DNA of 64,000 nt from Octopus sinensis. Taxonomy: Eukaryota. Both the position numbers and the translations under genes were made by a program. This document shows positions 36,423 to 50,254 of this stretch, one piece after another. The DNA lies in assembly GCF_006345805.1 (NCBI RefSeq), contig NC_043002.1, forward strand, positions 62,372,001-62,436,000, in the 5' to 3' direction. Below the pieces are notes generated by a model, which ran no database searches, was not told the origin of the DNA, and saw only the letters and a program-made list of their open reading frames with translations. Position 1 is the stretch's first letter, and every line of letters begins with the position of its first letter.

Positions 36423-37639
36423 GTTTTGAACCGAAGAACGAAAAGTCACCTCATACAAACTAATGGAATGCATTACATACAGTACTTTATAGTTTAATCT
36501 AATCTTATTGATTCTGCCCGTCACTTCGCATTTACATACATGTGTGTAATGAGTATACTTATATGTGATTAAATGCTGAGATTGCAGATGAAATCCCCCA
36601 TAGCTTTTCTCACAATAGTAAATAACTAATCGCTTACTTTAATGCAATTATCACAAAAGGTTAATTTGTGAGTGAAAAAAAAAAATTTAATTTCAATATT
36701 AAAATTATTTATTTATTCATTATTATTATTTTTTAATTTAATACTTCCCTGCAGCAAACGTAAATCATACAACAAAAGACACACAGACAAATACAGACAC
36801 ATAGATATTAACTCACGCATAGAAACACTCACTTTAATACAAATACTAGAAAGGAAAGTAAACTCGGAACTGAAGCAAGCATTGTATATTGAAAGCCAGT
36901 GAAAGTTAATGTAAAATATATTCGCAGTTATTTAAGCAAACACAAATCGCTGTTTGTGTGTGTGAGAGAGAGAAAAAAGGAAAGAGATTACAGACATGAC
37001 TGCGTGGTAAAATAGTTCGCTTTGCAAACACGATGTTCGGTGTTCAATCACAAACGTGTGGAATCTCGGTCAATTAAATTAGATTGAATTAATTAAAATA
37101 TTTTTTTGTCAACAACATAAAGCTCTCTTATATAATTCACTATGAAGTTCAGTACCGATAACCCCCAGTCTCACCCTTTTTAGATATATTAATTACTAAT
37201 AGAAGTACAATACTAGAAAGAGGACTATATTTTAAACCTACTGACTCGTGATCACGCCTCTTTTACATCAAGTTCTTCATTCCATTGAACTCCGCGAATC
37301 GAATTTACACAGTTGTAACAAAGCTTCAAATAAGAGACAAAAGACTACAAGAAATCGCAAAAAAACAACGACATACTAATCAAAAGAAAATATGAAATAA
37401 ATCTAGGTTGTTGCTTACAGACTATTTTCCTATAGATGTAGCGACGGATTTCTTTTATTTTACGGCTGTCATTGAGTACATTCTACGTAAAAGACAAAAT
37501 GCATTGAACATTCTTGTCTGAGGCTGCTCGTCTGATTTTCGTTTTTACAGTCATATTTGTATTTTTAAAAGTGATGTCGGCATGAGACCTCCTAGCGAAT
37601 ATTGTTTGTAAATTTGCTTTTTCCGCGATGTATTTATCG

Positions 37640-37985
37640 TGGCACTCCGTCGGTTACGACGGCGAGGTTTGCAGTTGATCCGATCAACGGAACAGCCTAT
37701 TAACGTGTAAGTGAAATTAACGTGTAAGTGGCTGAGCACTCCACAGTCACGTGTACCCTTAACGTAGTTCTCGGGGAGATTCAGCGTGACACAGAGTGTG
37801 ACAAGGCTGACCGTTTGAAATACAGGTACAAGAGAAACAGGAAGAAATAGTGAGAGAAAGTTGTGATGAAAGAGTAGAGCCGGGTTCACCGCCACCCCCT
37901 ACCGGAGACTTGTGGAGCTTTTTAAGTATTTTCGCTCAATAAATACTCACAACGCCTTGTCTGGGAATCGAAACCGCGATTCTCC
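37640..37985 (-). mobile_element. tRNA-derived SINE with the same tail as 50880-51216
   Basis: B-box GGTTTCGATTCC and the shared TGTCACACTCTGTGTCACGCTGA...GATCGGATCAACTG tail. Confidence 0.7.
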
Positions 37986-38068
37986 GACCGATTCGCCTCC
38001 ACGATTTATTTATATTAAATATGAAACACAGAAGGACCAAGAAGCACACACGCACACACACACACACA

Positions 38069-38103
<35 letters not shown>

Positions 38104-39091
38104 AGGTGTATACGTAAGTTTTCTTATGGTCCTATCTATTTTAATTCGTTCTGTGAGGAAGGAAATGGTTTCTAACAGAGTTACAAAGCTCCTTGTCCTC
38201 TTTAGTATGATTTTCAGTTTATCTTTTGATGTCTTCTCGGATTTCTATCTTGAACACATTTTCCCACATAGTTTCGTTTTACCTACCTGTGACTAATAGC
38301 TAGGTAGATCATCTTGGAATATTATCGAAATAACCGACATATTATCCATTACAATATGTATGTCTCACCTGTTTTATTAAAACTGAAATAACTGTTGTTG
38401 CTTTTTAGCCAAGGGTCAAATGTGATCGAACATGTTTATAATCAAACGATTTCCAGTCGTGACTATAAAATATTTTGAATAGAAAATAGGACTGTTTAAT
38501 CAAATATTTCCTTCCATTTTTTTTATAATTAATTTCTTTACAGGGGATTTTTAGGGACAACCGAAGTGTTTTATTGAGGTTAAATAGTTAAGATATATCA
38601 TATCTTTATTACATATGCCCTTGTTGAAGACAACAAACTGGCAGAATCGTTAGCTCGGTGGAGAAAATTGCTTATTGGCATTTCTACTTACTCTTCATAT
38701 TCTAATTTCGCCGACGGTAGCTGTGCCTTTCATCATTCCGGTGTTGACAGTATAGATGTTTATTTGTCCATAAGGGACTAACACAGAGGGGACAAGCAAG
38801 GACTGGAGTGATTAGCCGAACGAATGATGAAATAGTTAAAAATTTATGATATATAATTTAACGAATGGTAAATATGAAGTGACGGAGGCTATGACCACAC
38901 AGGCCACAATCCACCACTGGACCTTTTCAGAAACTTTATCTTCTTCTATAAGAGAATACATCCACTTTCAACATGTATCCCAATTTCTTCCATCTTTTCT
39001 TGTATATACTTAGTGGTAGGCAACTCCTCTCCAGCCATATTTTTCTCTTCAGCTGAGAAACAAGTTTACCAACCTCCGGCTGGAGATGAAG

Positions 39092-39138
<47 letters not shown>

Positions 39139-39145
<7 letters not shown>

Positions 39146-39341
39146 CTGAAAAGTTCCTGGCTTAAAGAGTATGTTTGGAAGCCCAATATTCCGAGTACTA
39201 TTACAGGGCTAAGAGAAGCTGATAGACCGCTGCATTAAGTGCGTGAACCTGATTGGCGATTTACGTTGAATAAAATCATAATTAACTGATCCTCCTATAT
39301 TTTCTGTTACCCAAAGCCAGGAACTTTTCAGCTTCCCCTCG
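39139..39341 (+). mobile_element. ~200-bp mariner deletion derivative
   Basis: TIRs GGGTACTGAAAAGTTCCTGGCT and AGCCAGGAACTTTTCAGCTTCCCCTCG|TA. The residual RCIKCVNLIGD resembles a transposase end. Confidence 0.85.
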
Positions 39342-39675
39342 TATAATGTGTTGTGTGTGTGTGTGTGTGTCGGTGATTGTGAGCATGTGTGCTTATGTAT
39401 AATTTTATGTACGTATATGTGTATGTGTATACGTGTGTGTGTGTTTTTGTCATCGAACTTGTTCACCCACGCTTCAAAACTTGTGTCCATTTTTTGATTA
39501 AGCCTTTCAAGACGTTTTCCCAGCGAGGCCGTTATCCATTCATTGAAGCAAGAAAGATACCAAAAACAGCACAAAAAAAACAAAAACGAACATAGAAAAG
39601 GTAACCCCTATTAAATTATACAACTCAAATAAATGCATATATTTTAAATCGGCATCTAAAGATAACATTCACATG

Positions 39676-39723
<48 letters not shown>

Positions 39724-39728
39724 CCAAA

Positions 39729-40176
39729 GGCGGCGAGCTGGCAGAAACGTTAGCACGCCGGGCGAAATGCTTAGCGGTATTTCGTCTGCGTTACGTTGTG
39801 AGTTCAAATTCCGCCGAGGTCGACTTTGCCTTTCATCCTTTCGGGGTCGATAAATTAAGTACCAGTTACGCATTGGGGTCGATGTAATCGACTTAATACC
39901 TATGTCTGTCCTTGTTTGTCCCCTCTGTGTTTAGCCCCTTGTGGGTAATAAAGAAATACGTATTTCTCTGTGTTTAGTGAAGAAATGGGTATTTCGTCTG
40001 CCGCTACTTTCTGAGTTCATATTCCGCCGAGGTTGACTTTGCCTTTCATCCTTTCGGGATCGATTAAATAAATAAATAATTACCAGTTACCCACTGAGCT
40101 CGATGTAATCGACTTAATCCCTTTTTACTTGTTTCTCCCTTCTATGTTTATCCCCCTGCGGGCAATAAAGAAATAG
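39729..40176 (+). mobile_element. Nin/Deu-like SINE dimer (head plus two bodies)
   Basis: The second body starts at GGTATTTCGTCTGCCG after an AAAGAAAT-type tail. Confidence 0.88.
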
Positions 40177-41464
40177 ATAAATCCATCAACTAGAAGTCCA
40201 TCGTTTCCATTTAATTAGGACACAAATATTTCTCTGTTGTTGAAATCGTGGATGCTATCTTAATCAGAGTTTCTGTAGGTGAACTATATTTTAGAATAAC
40301 TAATTTAGCGCTTAGAGATAATTTATCGATTTGCTGAACTATGTGTTTTATTTTCATTCTTGATGAAAATTACCAGAAATAATTCTAAATTAAGGATATG
40401 TTTAAAGTCTTCGACTTTCTCGGCGTATCTGATTTAGTTCGGCTTCCCTACGGCATATGCATTTTCGAGATCATCTCCTTAAACATTACAAACCAATGAA
40501 GGAGATATACTTTATTACACACATACATATATAGGAGTGTGTGTATGTGATACAGAGAGAGAGAGAGAGGGAAGAGGGATATATGGGAAAGGGTATGTGA
40601 GAAATGAAATGCATAAATAATGCATAATTACACACATATGGCAATATATATCTTAGATAATCGGTGTGAAAGAGAAAAACCACAAGTAATTCCCTCAAAA
40701 GCTTCAGCTTCTATGCCTAGATGACAAATTCAAATTTATACTAAAAATAACTGCTGTTAAAATATGCCCAAGTGACATTCTGGAACATCAAGAGTTTTGG
40801 GAACAATGAATCAGCAAACATGCACTTTACAAGAAAAATCTGTAAGCGGAATAGTAAAAAATAAGTAACATTTTTCTCAAATTGCACCGTTTTACTTATC
40901 TACATTCCATCGACGGAGAATTATATGCATCTTATATGTGGTGTTCGAGATCAGCTCCTTCCTTCCAGTTAGCATTTCAATAATTAAAAACAGACTAGCT
41001 ATTTTGACCTGTGCATCGCTCAGGTTTTGGTGGTGGTGTTGTTTTGTGCGTGTTGTCTCCTTTTCCCTTTCTTCTTTTGTTCGTCTTGAATGAGAGTGGA
41101 AGCTGTCAAACGTCGTTATGGAGAGAAATTGGAGGGAATGAAGGAAAGAGAGAGATGGAGGAAGACAGAGTGATATCTGAAAGTGAGAAACGACAGACAC
41201 GTGTCAAAGTCTGTGTTTTGTTGCCCGAGTAACCACAGCTTTTGGGATGGGGGATTTCTAACCTAGTCCAGTCGATTCCTCGCCTCTTTTTACACGTCCC
41301 TCTAAATGTTGGCACCAATCCGACCCCATCTACAGCCCCTTAAACCGTTCCCATCCCCAAATGAGACAAACAACCAAGAAATCAAACAACTTTTTCGCAT
41401 TTCAGCTTTATAGATATTGACAAGCATGCATATACATATATGTGTGTGTTTATACATGCATATT

Positions 41465-41503
<39 letters not shown>

Positions 41504-41521
41504 ATATAATATATAATATAT

Positions 41522-41572
41522 ATGGCGGTGCCCCAGCATGGCCACAGCTTGTGAGCTGAAACTAGATAAAAA
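41522..41572 (+). mobile_element. Isolated CR1-like 3' tail after (TA)n
   Basis: TGGCGGTGCCCCAGCATGGCCACAGCTTGTGAGCTGAAACTAGATAAAA. Confidence 0.75.
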
Positions 41573-41616
41573 AGATATATACGTATATAATATGTATATG
41601 TATATATGTATATGTA

Positions 41617-41648
<32 letters not shown>

Positions 41649-42369
41649 CATGCATATTTACATATTTATGTATATAATGTTTTTAAAAAAACATTTTTCC
41701 TCTATGTTCTATTATTATTTTTATCTATATTCCATTATTAGTATTTTTATATATCTATATAAATAGTCCTCTATGTATATTTTTAAATTCACATATGTTT
41801 ATATTTCTATATATTTATTTATATCTCTAATATAACAAGGTATGCTTCAGTTCCGACAATTCTTATGTTGATCTTAGTCTTCCTTATTTGAACTTTTTCT
41901 ATTCTATCGGGTTTCTTTATCTAATTCCTCAGTTTCGACTTGAGCACTCGTATGCTATCTATGTGTTTCGTTAGAAAATTATACATATATATGTATGTAT
42001 GTATATTTATACTTTATGTGTGCATGTATGTGTGTGCATGTGTATGTGTGCATATGTATGAGTAAGTGTGTCTATAGCTTGCAGGAAAATAGGGTACACC
42101 GTAGAATAGAAGTTGATTAACAACTACCACTTTCAATCATACTTCGGCAGTCGATCATGTTGAAATTTCAGTCTCGTTTGTTAAGTTTCCGATAAACAAA
42201 AAAAACAGCTAAGATATCATGAAAAATGAAAAATGTTTGGCATAGCATCATTATTTGCTCGTCTCAGCGAAATAAGACTGCAAGCCAACAGCAAATAAAT
42301 TTTTAATCACTATATTTAAATTTACCATCGTTGATGAGGAATTGAGAAGTTACGAGGCGCTTTGATTAT

Positions 42370-42482
42370 ACACACACACGTATGCATGTATGTATGTATG
42401 TATGTATATACATACATAACATATGTATATAATATATATATATAATATATATATATAATATATATATATATATATTATGATA

Positions 42483-42527
<45 letters not shown>

Positions 42528-42619
42528 ATATATACGTATATAATATATATATATATATATACGTATATATATATATATATATACGTATATATATATATAT
42601 ATATAATATATATATTATA

Positions 42620-42677
<58 letters not shown>

Positions 42678-42717
42678 GTATATATATATAATATATATAT
42701 AATATATATATATATAC

Positions 42718-42751
<34 letters not shown>

Positions 42752-42752
42752 G

Positions 42753-42787
<35 letters not shown>

Positions 42788-43015
42788 TATACGTATATAT
42801 ATATAGATATATACGTATATATATATATTATATATACGTATATATATATAATATACGATATATATATTATATATATATACGTATATATATAATATATATA
42901 TATATATACGTATATATATATTATATATATACGTATATATATATATATATATACGTATATATATATATATATATATATATACGTATATATAATATATAAT
43001 ATTATATATATATAC

Positions 43016-43051
<36 letters not shown>

Positions 43052-43105
43052 GTATATATATATATATATTATATATACTTATATTATATATATAATATAT
43101 ATAAA

Positions 43106-43178
<73 letters not shown>

Positions 43179-43200
43179 TGTATATATATAATCTATATAC

Positions 43201-43232
<32 letters not shown>

Positions 43233-43320
43233 ATATAATATATATATATGTATACGTATATATATATGTGTGTATATATATTATATATATGAGTGTAAAT
43301 ATATATATTATATATATGTG
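42370..43320. repeat. ~950-bp (TA)n tract with recurrent TACGTA interruptions
   Basis: Seen directly in the sequence. Confidence 0.95.
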
Positions 43321-43339
43321 TGTGTGTCTGTAATTATTG

Positions 43340-43537
43340 TAGTTAGCACACCGGGCGAAATGCGTTCCGGCATTTCGTCTGTCTTTACGTTCTGAGTTCA
43401 AATTCCGCCGTTGGTCGACTTTACCTGTTATCCTTTCGGGATCGATAAAATAAGTACCAGTTGAGTACTGGGTGTTGATATAATCGTTTTACCTCCTCCC
43501 GCGATGTACCTGACCTTGTGTCAAATTCTGAAACCAT
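43340..43537 (+). mobile_element. Nin/Deu-like SINE, slightly 5'-truncated
   Basis: GTTAGCACACCGGGCGAAATG...GAGTTCAAATTCCGCC. Confidence 0.82.
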
Positions 43538-44117
43538 TACATATAAAATGTAAACAGAAGGTAAACTCTGAGGGCAATTAAATCTTCTGTTAATTCTTTG
43601 CGAATGTAGTCTGTTACTTCTTGTCGCAACCCAAAAAGCTTACATTTCTCATTCATCACCTCACACAGTCATCACCTCCAGCCAGCCAACAAACGTTAAG
43701 GAAGCCATAACTCTTCTCAGTTCCTGAATTCCGATTATCTCATCGCTTGGATACCCTGAGAAGCAGGGCAACATACGATCACACGGCATTGAGTCTTTTG
43801 TAGAGTCAAGCTTTGATGTGGAATGTCAGCTACTTTTCATGAATGTTAGCCATCTCAGCTGCACAATGCATGTAAGTTTGTAAACAAGAAACTTTTCTAT
43901 ACTGTGAAATGTTTTGTTTAATTCTGCAGCGACCTCAATATTCTTGGAGCCTGACGGAACCGATGGTGTACCCGGTTTCGTCACAGATCACTCGACCACG
44001 AGAGAGTTATTATTGGTTACCTAGTAGCAGAAGGAGGCAATATTAGTAGTTTCTATCATGATTTCACTTTTTGTTTAGAGACCTATATAGACGAGTGTAG
44101 ACAGAATGTTTAGACAC

Positions 44118-44217
44118 NNNNNNNNNNNNNNNNNNNNNNNNNNNNNNNNNNNNNNNNNNNNNNNNNNNNNNNNNNNNNNNNNNNNNNNNNNNNNNNNNNN
44201 NNNNNNNNNNNNNNNNN
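44118..44217. other. Assembly gap (100 N)
   Basis: Seen directly in the sequence. Confidence 1.
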
Positions 44218-44609
44218 GTCCCAAAATAATCTGTATTTTTGTTATTTTTTACTTGCCCTGTCCGTGTGAGCTAACAGTCGTACTGGCTTTCATGGGAAAC
44301 ATGTATCTTCGTGGTTGAAACCTTTTGGATTAACTGGTGCTAGAATGAGCAATATATTGACCACTCTCTTATATTTGTTTTGTAAAAGTATTGTAATATG
44401 TTATAAATATTATAATAATCCAGGTTTCTCGTAGCACTAGGCACTTGGTGGAATAAATATACTATTAAATTAGTATCTAATTCTCTCACCCTTATTAATT
44501 AATATATTATATATATATATATATATAATAAATATATATATATATAATATATATATATAATATAATATATATATAATAATATATATAATATATAATATAT
44601 ATATATACA

Positions 44610-44664
<55 letters not shown>

Positions 44665-44666
<2 letters not shown>

Positions 44667-45356
44667 AGGTGGTGCTATTAAGTTAGACATGGCCTGGGCC
44701 AATAATGGCCGAAACCTATCAAAGTATCACCACACCATTATCCTTCTCTTCTCCACTTTTGCCCGACCCCACCTTGAACACTGTTGTCCACTGTGGTCTC
44801 CCACACAATACAAGGTATCATAAAAGTTGAAGCACCTCAAAGGGCAATCACAAAAAGATAGATGGCATGACAGGCCTCGACTATTGGGGTCGGCTAGAAA
44901 AGCTAAAACTCTATTCTCTCCAACGTCGTCGTGAGCGCTACATCATCTGCATGATGTGGAAAATATTCCATCAGCATTGCCCAAATGATGTTGGCATCAC
45001 CTTTAAGGTACATCCAAGGCTTGGGCCCCGTGCCATCCGCCCAAACAAAAATCGCACTCTCATCTCATAACAACGATACGGCACAATATTTCACCTCAAT
45101 TGGCCCCGCTCTCTTTAACATTACACCAAAACATTTAAAACAGAAACTGACCCTATAGGGTTCAAGAAGTCTTTGGACAGTTTCCTTCAAGAAATCCCGG
45201 ATAAACCCCTACACCCGGATATGTCTCTGTAAACAATAACTCGCTACTTGAGTGGGCCATAGTGCCCAAATTCTGACTTGAAAGACTTCACCAGGTGGTG
45301 CTATTAAGTTAGACATGGCCTGGGTCAATAATGGCCGAAACCTATCAAGTATCAAA
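44665..45356 (+). mobile_element. CR1-like LINE: orphan tail (44665-44723) followed by a 5'-truncated copy (44724-45356)
   Basis: DYWGRLEKLKLYSLQRRRERYIICMMWKI. The tail CCAGGTGGTGCTATTAAGTTAGACATGGCCTGGG[C/T]CAATAATGGCCGAAACC occurs twice. Confidence 0.9.
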
Positions 45357-45383
45357 GTTATACATATATATACATACATATAT

Positions 45384-45432
<49 letters not shown>

Positions 45433-45455
45433 ATATATACATATATATATATATC

Positions 45456-45486
<31 letters not shown>

Positions 45487-45544
45487 CACATACATATAAT
45501 ATGTAGGTAGATATATATGAATAAGCGGTGTGTGTTCGTATGTG

Positions 45545-45583
<39 letters not shown>

Positions 45584-45590
45584 ATATATG

Positions 45591-45624
<34 letters not shown>

Positions 45625-45799
45625 TAGGAAGATATATAGATTAATGGAGTTAAACGCAGGTGTTATTCAAATATTTAAAGATTTGAATAACATTTCACCA
45701 AAACCCGGAATTTCAACCTTTATAGGTAGGCTATTACATCCTTGGTACTTACGTGAATTTTTACAACCTGGTAGCTATTTATTTATTTTTCCGCGTTAT

Positions 45800-46726
45800 G
45801 ATAGTAGGTTTCGGCCATTATTGGCCCAGGCCATGTCTAACTTAATAGCACCACCTGGTGAAGTCTTTCAAGTCAGATTTGGGCACTATGGCCCACTCAA
45901 GTAGAGAGTTATTGTTTACAGAGACATATCCGGGTTTGGGGTTTATCCGGGATTTCTTGAAGGAATCTGTCCAAAGACTTCTAGAAACCTATAGGGTCAG
46001 TTTCTGTTTTAATGTGTTTTGGTGTAATGTTAAAGAGAGCGGGGCCAATTGAGGTGAAATAATTGTGCCGTATTGTTGTTATGAGATGAGAGTGCGATTT
46101 TTGTTTTGGGCGGATGGCACGGGGCCCAAGCTTTGGATGTACCTTAAAGGTGATGCCAACATCATTTGGGCAATGCTGATGGAATATTTTCCACATCATG
46201 CAGATGATGTAGCGCTCACGACGACGTTGGAGAGAATAGAGTTTTAGCTTTTCTAGTCGACCCCAATAGTCGAGGCCTGTCATGCCATCTATCTTTTTTG
46301 TGATTGCCCTTTGAGGTGCTTCAACTTTTATGATACCTTGTATTGTGTGGGGAGACCACAGTGGACAACAGTATTCAATGTGGGGTCGGGCAAAAGTGGA
46401 GAAGAGAAGGATAATGGTGTGGATATCTCTCGACTGAAAAGTTCTGAGAATCCAGGAGCACATTCTGCGGGCCATGTCAACTTTGGTGTTTATATGAGTG
46501 GCCCAGCTTATGTTGTTGTCCACAATTACTCCCAGGTCTCTGATGTTGTTGGACGCCGCGAGAGTTTCACCTGAAGGAAGGGAGTATGGGAGTTTCAGGG
46601 CATCCTCTTTTCCAAAGTGGATTAGCTCAAATTTATCCTCGTTCAGCAGCATATTGTTTTTTTTCTGCCCATTGGATAACAGCCAGTAGATCTGACTGAA
46701 GGCATGTCCGGTCACTCGCCTCATTT
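45800..46726 (-). mobile_element. 5'-truncated CR1-like LINE (ORF2 C-terminal 247 aa, premature stop)
   Basis: [35 protein letters not shown] and LYSLQRRRER. It has TAG where the plus copy has AAG. Same family as 44724-45356. Confidence 0.92.
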
Positions 46727-46749
46727 ATGACCTTCTGTAGCTTGGAGTC

Positions 46750-46806
46750 ATCTGCAAAGATTTTATGTATATATATATGTATATATATATGTATATATAT
46801 ATTATA

Positions 46807-46857
<51 letters not shown>

Positions 46858-46920
46858 GTATATATATATGTATATATATGTATATATATATATATATGTA
46901 TATATATGTATATATATATG

Positions 46921-46952
<32 letters not shown>

Positions 46953-47106
46953 TATGATATATATATATGTATATATATATATATTATATATAGTTATATA
47001 TATATATGTATATAATATATAGGTATATATATGTATATATATATGTATATGTATATATATAATATGTATATATATATGTATATATATATATATGTATATA
47101 TATGTA

Positions 47107-47152
<46 letters not shown>

Positions 47153-47181
47153 GTATATATTATAGTATATATGATATATAT

Positions 47182-47225
<44 letters not shown>
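46750..47225. repeat. (TA)n/(TATG) tract
   Basis: Seen directly in the sequence. Confidence 0.95.
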
Positions 47226-47226
<1 letters not shown>

Positions 47227-47704
47227 GGAGAAGGGTTTTATTAAATTCAAAACTATTAATTATACAAGAATCTTTATAACAGAATGATATGAAGCTTTTA
47301 AGAAGATTTGTGCTAAGTGCTAACGCATATTACAACTTTCAAAATATTTATTATTCAGAAGAGATATGAATAGCTAAAAAAGACAATACGAAAACTTCCT
47401 TCGAAAATAGTCTTGATAAACCTTCGAGTGTCTCATGAATATATATCGTTAGCTATTACGTTAAAGTGTTGTATGTCTAAATTTGACCAAGTGAGTTGTT
47501 TTTTAATATTTAATTTTGCTTGCAATAGCGGTTTTTTTTTGTCAAACTATGATATCTCCAGTTGCTTTAGATGCGAAGATATCAAATATTGTCAGTGTTG
47601 TAGGACGGTTTTGCTACGGAATAGTGGAACCATTTATTCATTTTCTGAAAAAGAAACGTTTTGGTCTTACGACACTTTTGCATAATACCAACGATGTATA
47701 TATA

Positions 47705-47748
<44 letters not shown>

Positions 47749-48074
47749 CATTAAAATTTACAAAAATAGGTGTAATGGTGTATTCGAACTGTCAACTTGC
47801 TAGCTTTCGTCGGACAGTCAAACAAAAGCTTCTACGTTTTTCATAGTCATTGCCATGCCTCATTCTGTACATCTTTTGTAAACACAGAAAATGCAAAAAA
47901 AAAAAAAAATTGTTGAATAGTGGTTCATCGTCACCCTAAACTGCTTTAATATAACTTGACATGAAACCAAATGTTAATATATGAATGTCGGTATGTAAAT
48001 ATACAGAATTATTCTATTATATATCTCACCTGCTTTCCCATTATCATCTTTCCTTCTTTATATGTCTCTCCCCC

Positions 48075-48118
<44 letters not shown>

Positions 48119-48943
48119 TTATACATATACGTATATATATATATATGTGTGTGTATATACACACACGCACATAAGCACACACACATGTATATATATATAT
48201 ACACATATGAAGAAATTTATTCTTCTGTTATTGTCTATAATCCTTTCTCTGTCTTTAGCACACACTCACTCACACACGCACGCCCACACACACGCACGTT
48301 CACGTACACACACATACACACACACACACACACAAACACACACATACACACACAACAACCACCTCACCATTACCACACGCACACAATCGTTTCTCTCCCC
48401 TACCACTCCAGTCGAGCCTCTTATTTTCTCCTTTGTGCCAGGGTCTCCCCGTAGTTGCAGTGTTAACGATTTTACAGAGGATAGAAGCAATAAAAAAAAA
48501 CAAAACCACAAAATTATTGGCAACCTCAGTGTTTTAAGATTTCTCGCATGCTTCATTTAAATTCTCATGCCGGTTTTGCATAATGTGTATAAGGCATCTA
48601 AACGATGCCAAGATTATTCTCTAGGCTCGTAATTGGCAAGCAACTCATTCGAATAAATAGCAATTACTTAGCATTCTATGCATGTGTATGTAAATGTGTG
48701 TAGGCATGTATGTTAACTAAGTATGTGTATTAATGTGTATGTGAACGTAGGTATGTAATATACACAGAGTCGAACGTGCATGCGTAGGCAAGCAATAATG
48801 CACTCACACATATCTATCTATCTAGCTAGCTAGCTCCCTCTTTATGAAGAGATAGCTAGATATATCAATACACGCATATATTCATACTTAGAAACGTAGA
48901 GAGATGGATGAATGAATATATAGATAAGAAGATATATATATAT

Positions 48944-48993
<50 letters not shown>

Positions 48994-49042
48994 GTGTGTG
49001 TATGAGTTTATATACATGTATATGTGTATATATATGTGTGTA

Positions 49043-49132
<90 letters not shown>

Positions 49133-49564
49133 GAAAGAGAGAACAAGAGACAGGCAGAAATTAATAGATAGATAGATACATACATACATACATACATACA
49201 TACATACATAGATTCAAGCATTCATTCATCGATTAATTGGAAGAGTGATCTATTGACGGATTAAAAATTATTGCAGTCGTCTTGGACATGTTAAAAAATG
49301 CCAGCCAAATCTGCCTCAAATCACACTCTGATTGCTAAAATATGTGTATTATATATATAAAAAGAATATTACCTCAAAATTGGTAGATTGATGACTGGGA
49401 TTCCTTTGAATATAGACAGACTCAATAACTTTCAAGACTGAGCTTGAACAGCAAAGATATCTTTACGAGTCTAGATCTCCCAGCTCCCTTCCATTTATTC
49501 AATTGTATATCTTCCTACTTTGTTTGTGTGGCATATAAGGCAAGCACCATTTTTGTTGCCTTAG

Positions 49565-49619
49565 GTCGATGAGTGAAATAGGGTTCGTGGAAACTGAATA
49601 GAGACCGGTCGCCTGGATT
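49565..49619 (+). CDS. Candidate exon carrying a stop (RSMSEIGFVETE*)
   Basis: catttttgttgccttag acceptor and ATT|gtatgt donor. Phase 2 reads 11 codons to TAG at 49599-49601. Confidence 0.2.
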
Positions 49620-49884
49620 GTATGTGTAATTGCAAAAAGTCGGCCTTTCCACACACTGTAACACGCTGATTCTGCTTCTTACGACTATATGCTTCTGTGG
49701 AATTATCACCTATTTACAACTTAGTTCATGAGAAGGTTATTCAGATAACCGAAAAGCAGGAAATACAAGCATACACATAAAATAGGTAAGTATGAAACAC
49801 AGAAATTCCATCCAACAGGAAGGTAACAGTCATAGAGTAGAATTTATTATATATACGCCAGAGATAAAAAAAAACCTCAATTGC

Positions 49885-50186
49885 TTTTTGTTCCTTCCCG
49901 AGCCACGCCTGGCTCATTAGGGCCGGTTTCACGGTTTCCTTGGTGTATAGGTTCCCCACCTGGACGGGACGCTAGTCCGTCGCAGGGGAGCTGCAAGATG
50001 CAGGAGGAAATAGTGGGGTAACATCGTTGTGAAAGAGTCAGCAGAAGTTCGCCATCACCTTCTGCGGAGCCGCGTGGAACTTAGGTGCTTTGCTCATAAA
50101 CACACACATCACTCGCTCTGAGATTCGAACCCGCGATCTCTCGACCGCGAGTCCGCTGCTCTAAACACTAGGCCATGTGCCTCCAC
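49885..50186 (-). mobile_element. V-domain-like tRNA-derived SINE
   Basis: Head GCACATGGCCTAGTGTTTAG...GGTTCGAATC and V-domain-like CCTGCGACGGACTAGCGTCCCGTCCAGG. Confidence 0.8.
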
Positions 50187-50254
50187 ACCCTTCTCAATGT
50201 GAAACAGCAATTCGACAATCCACTTAATTATGGCGAAGTTTTATAATAATATAA

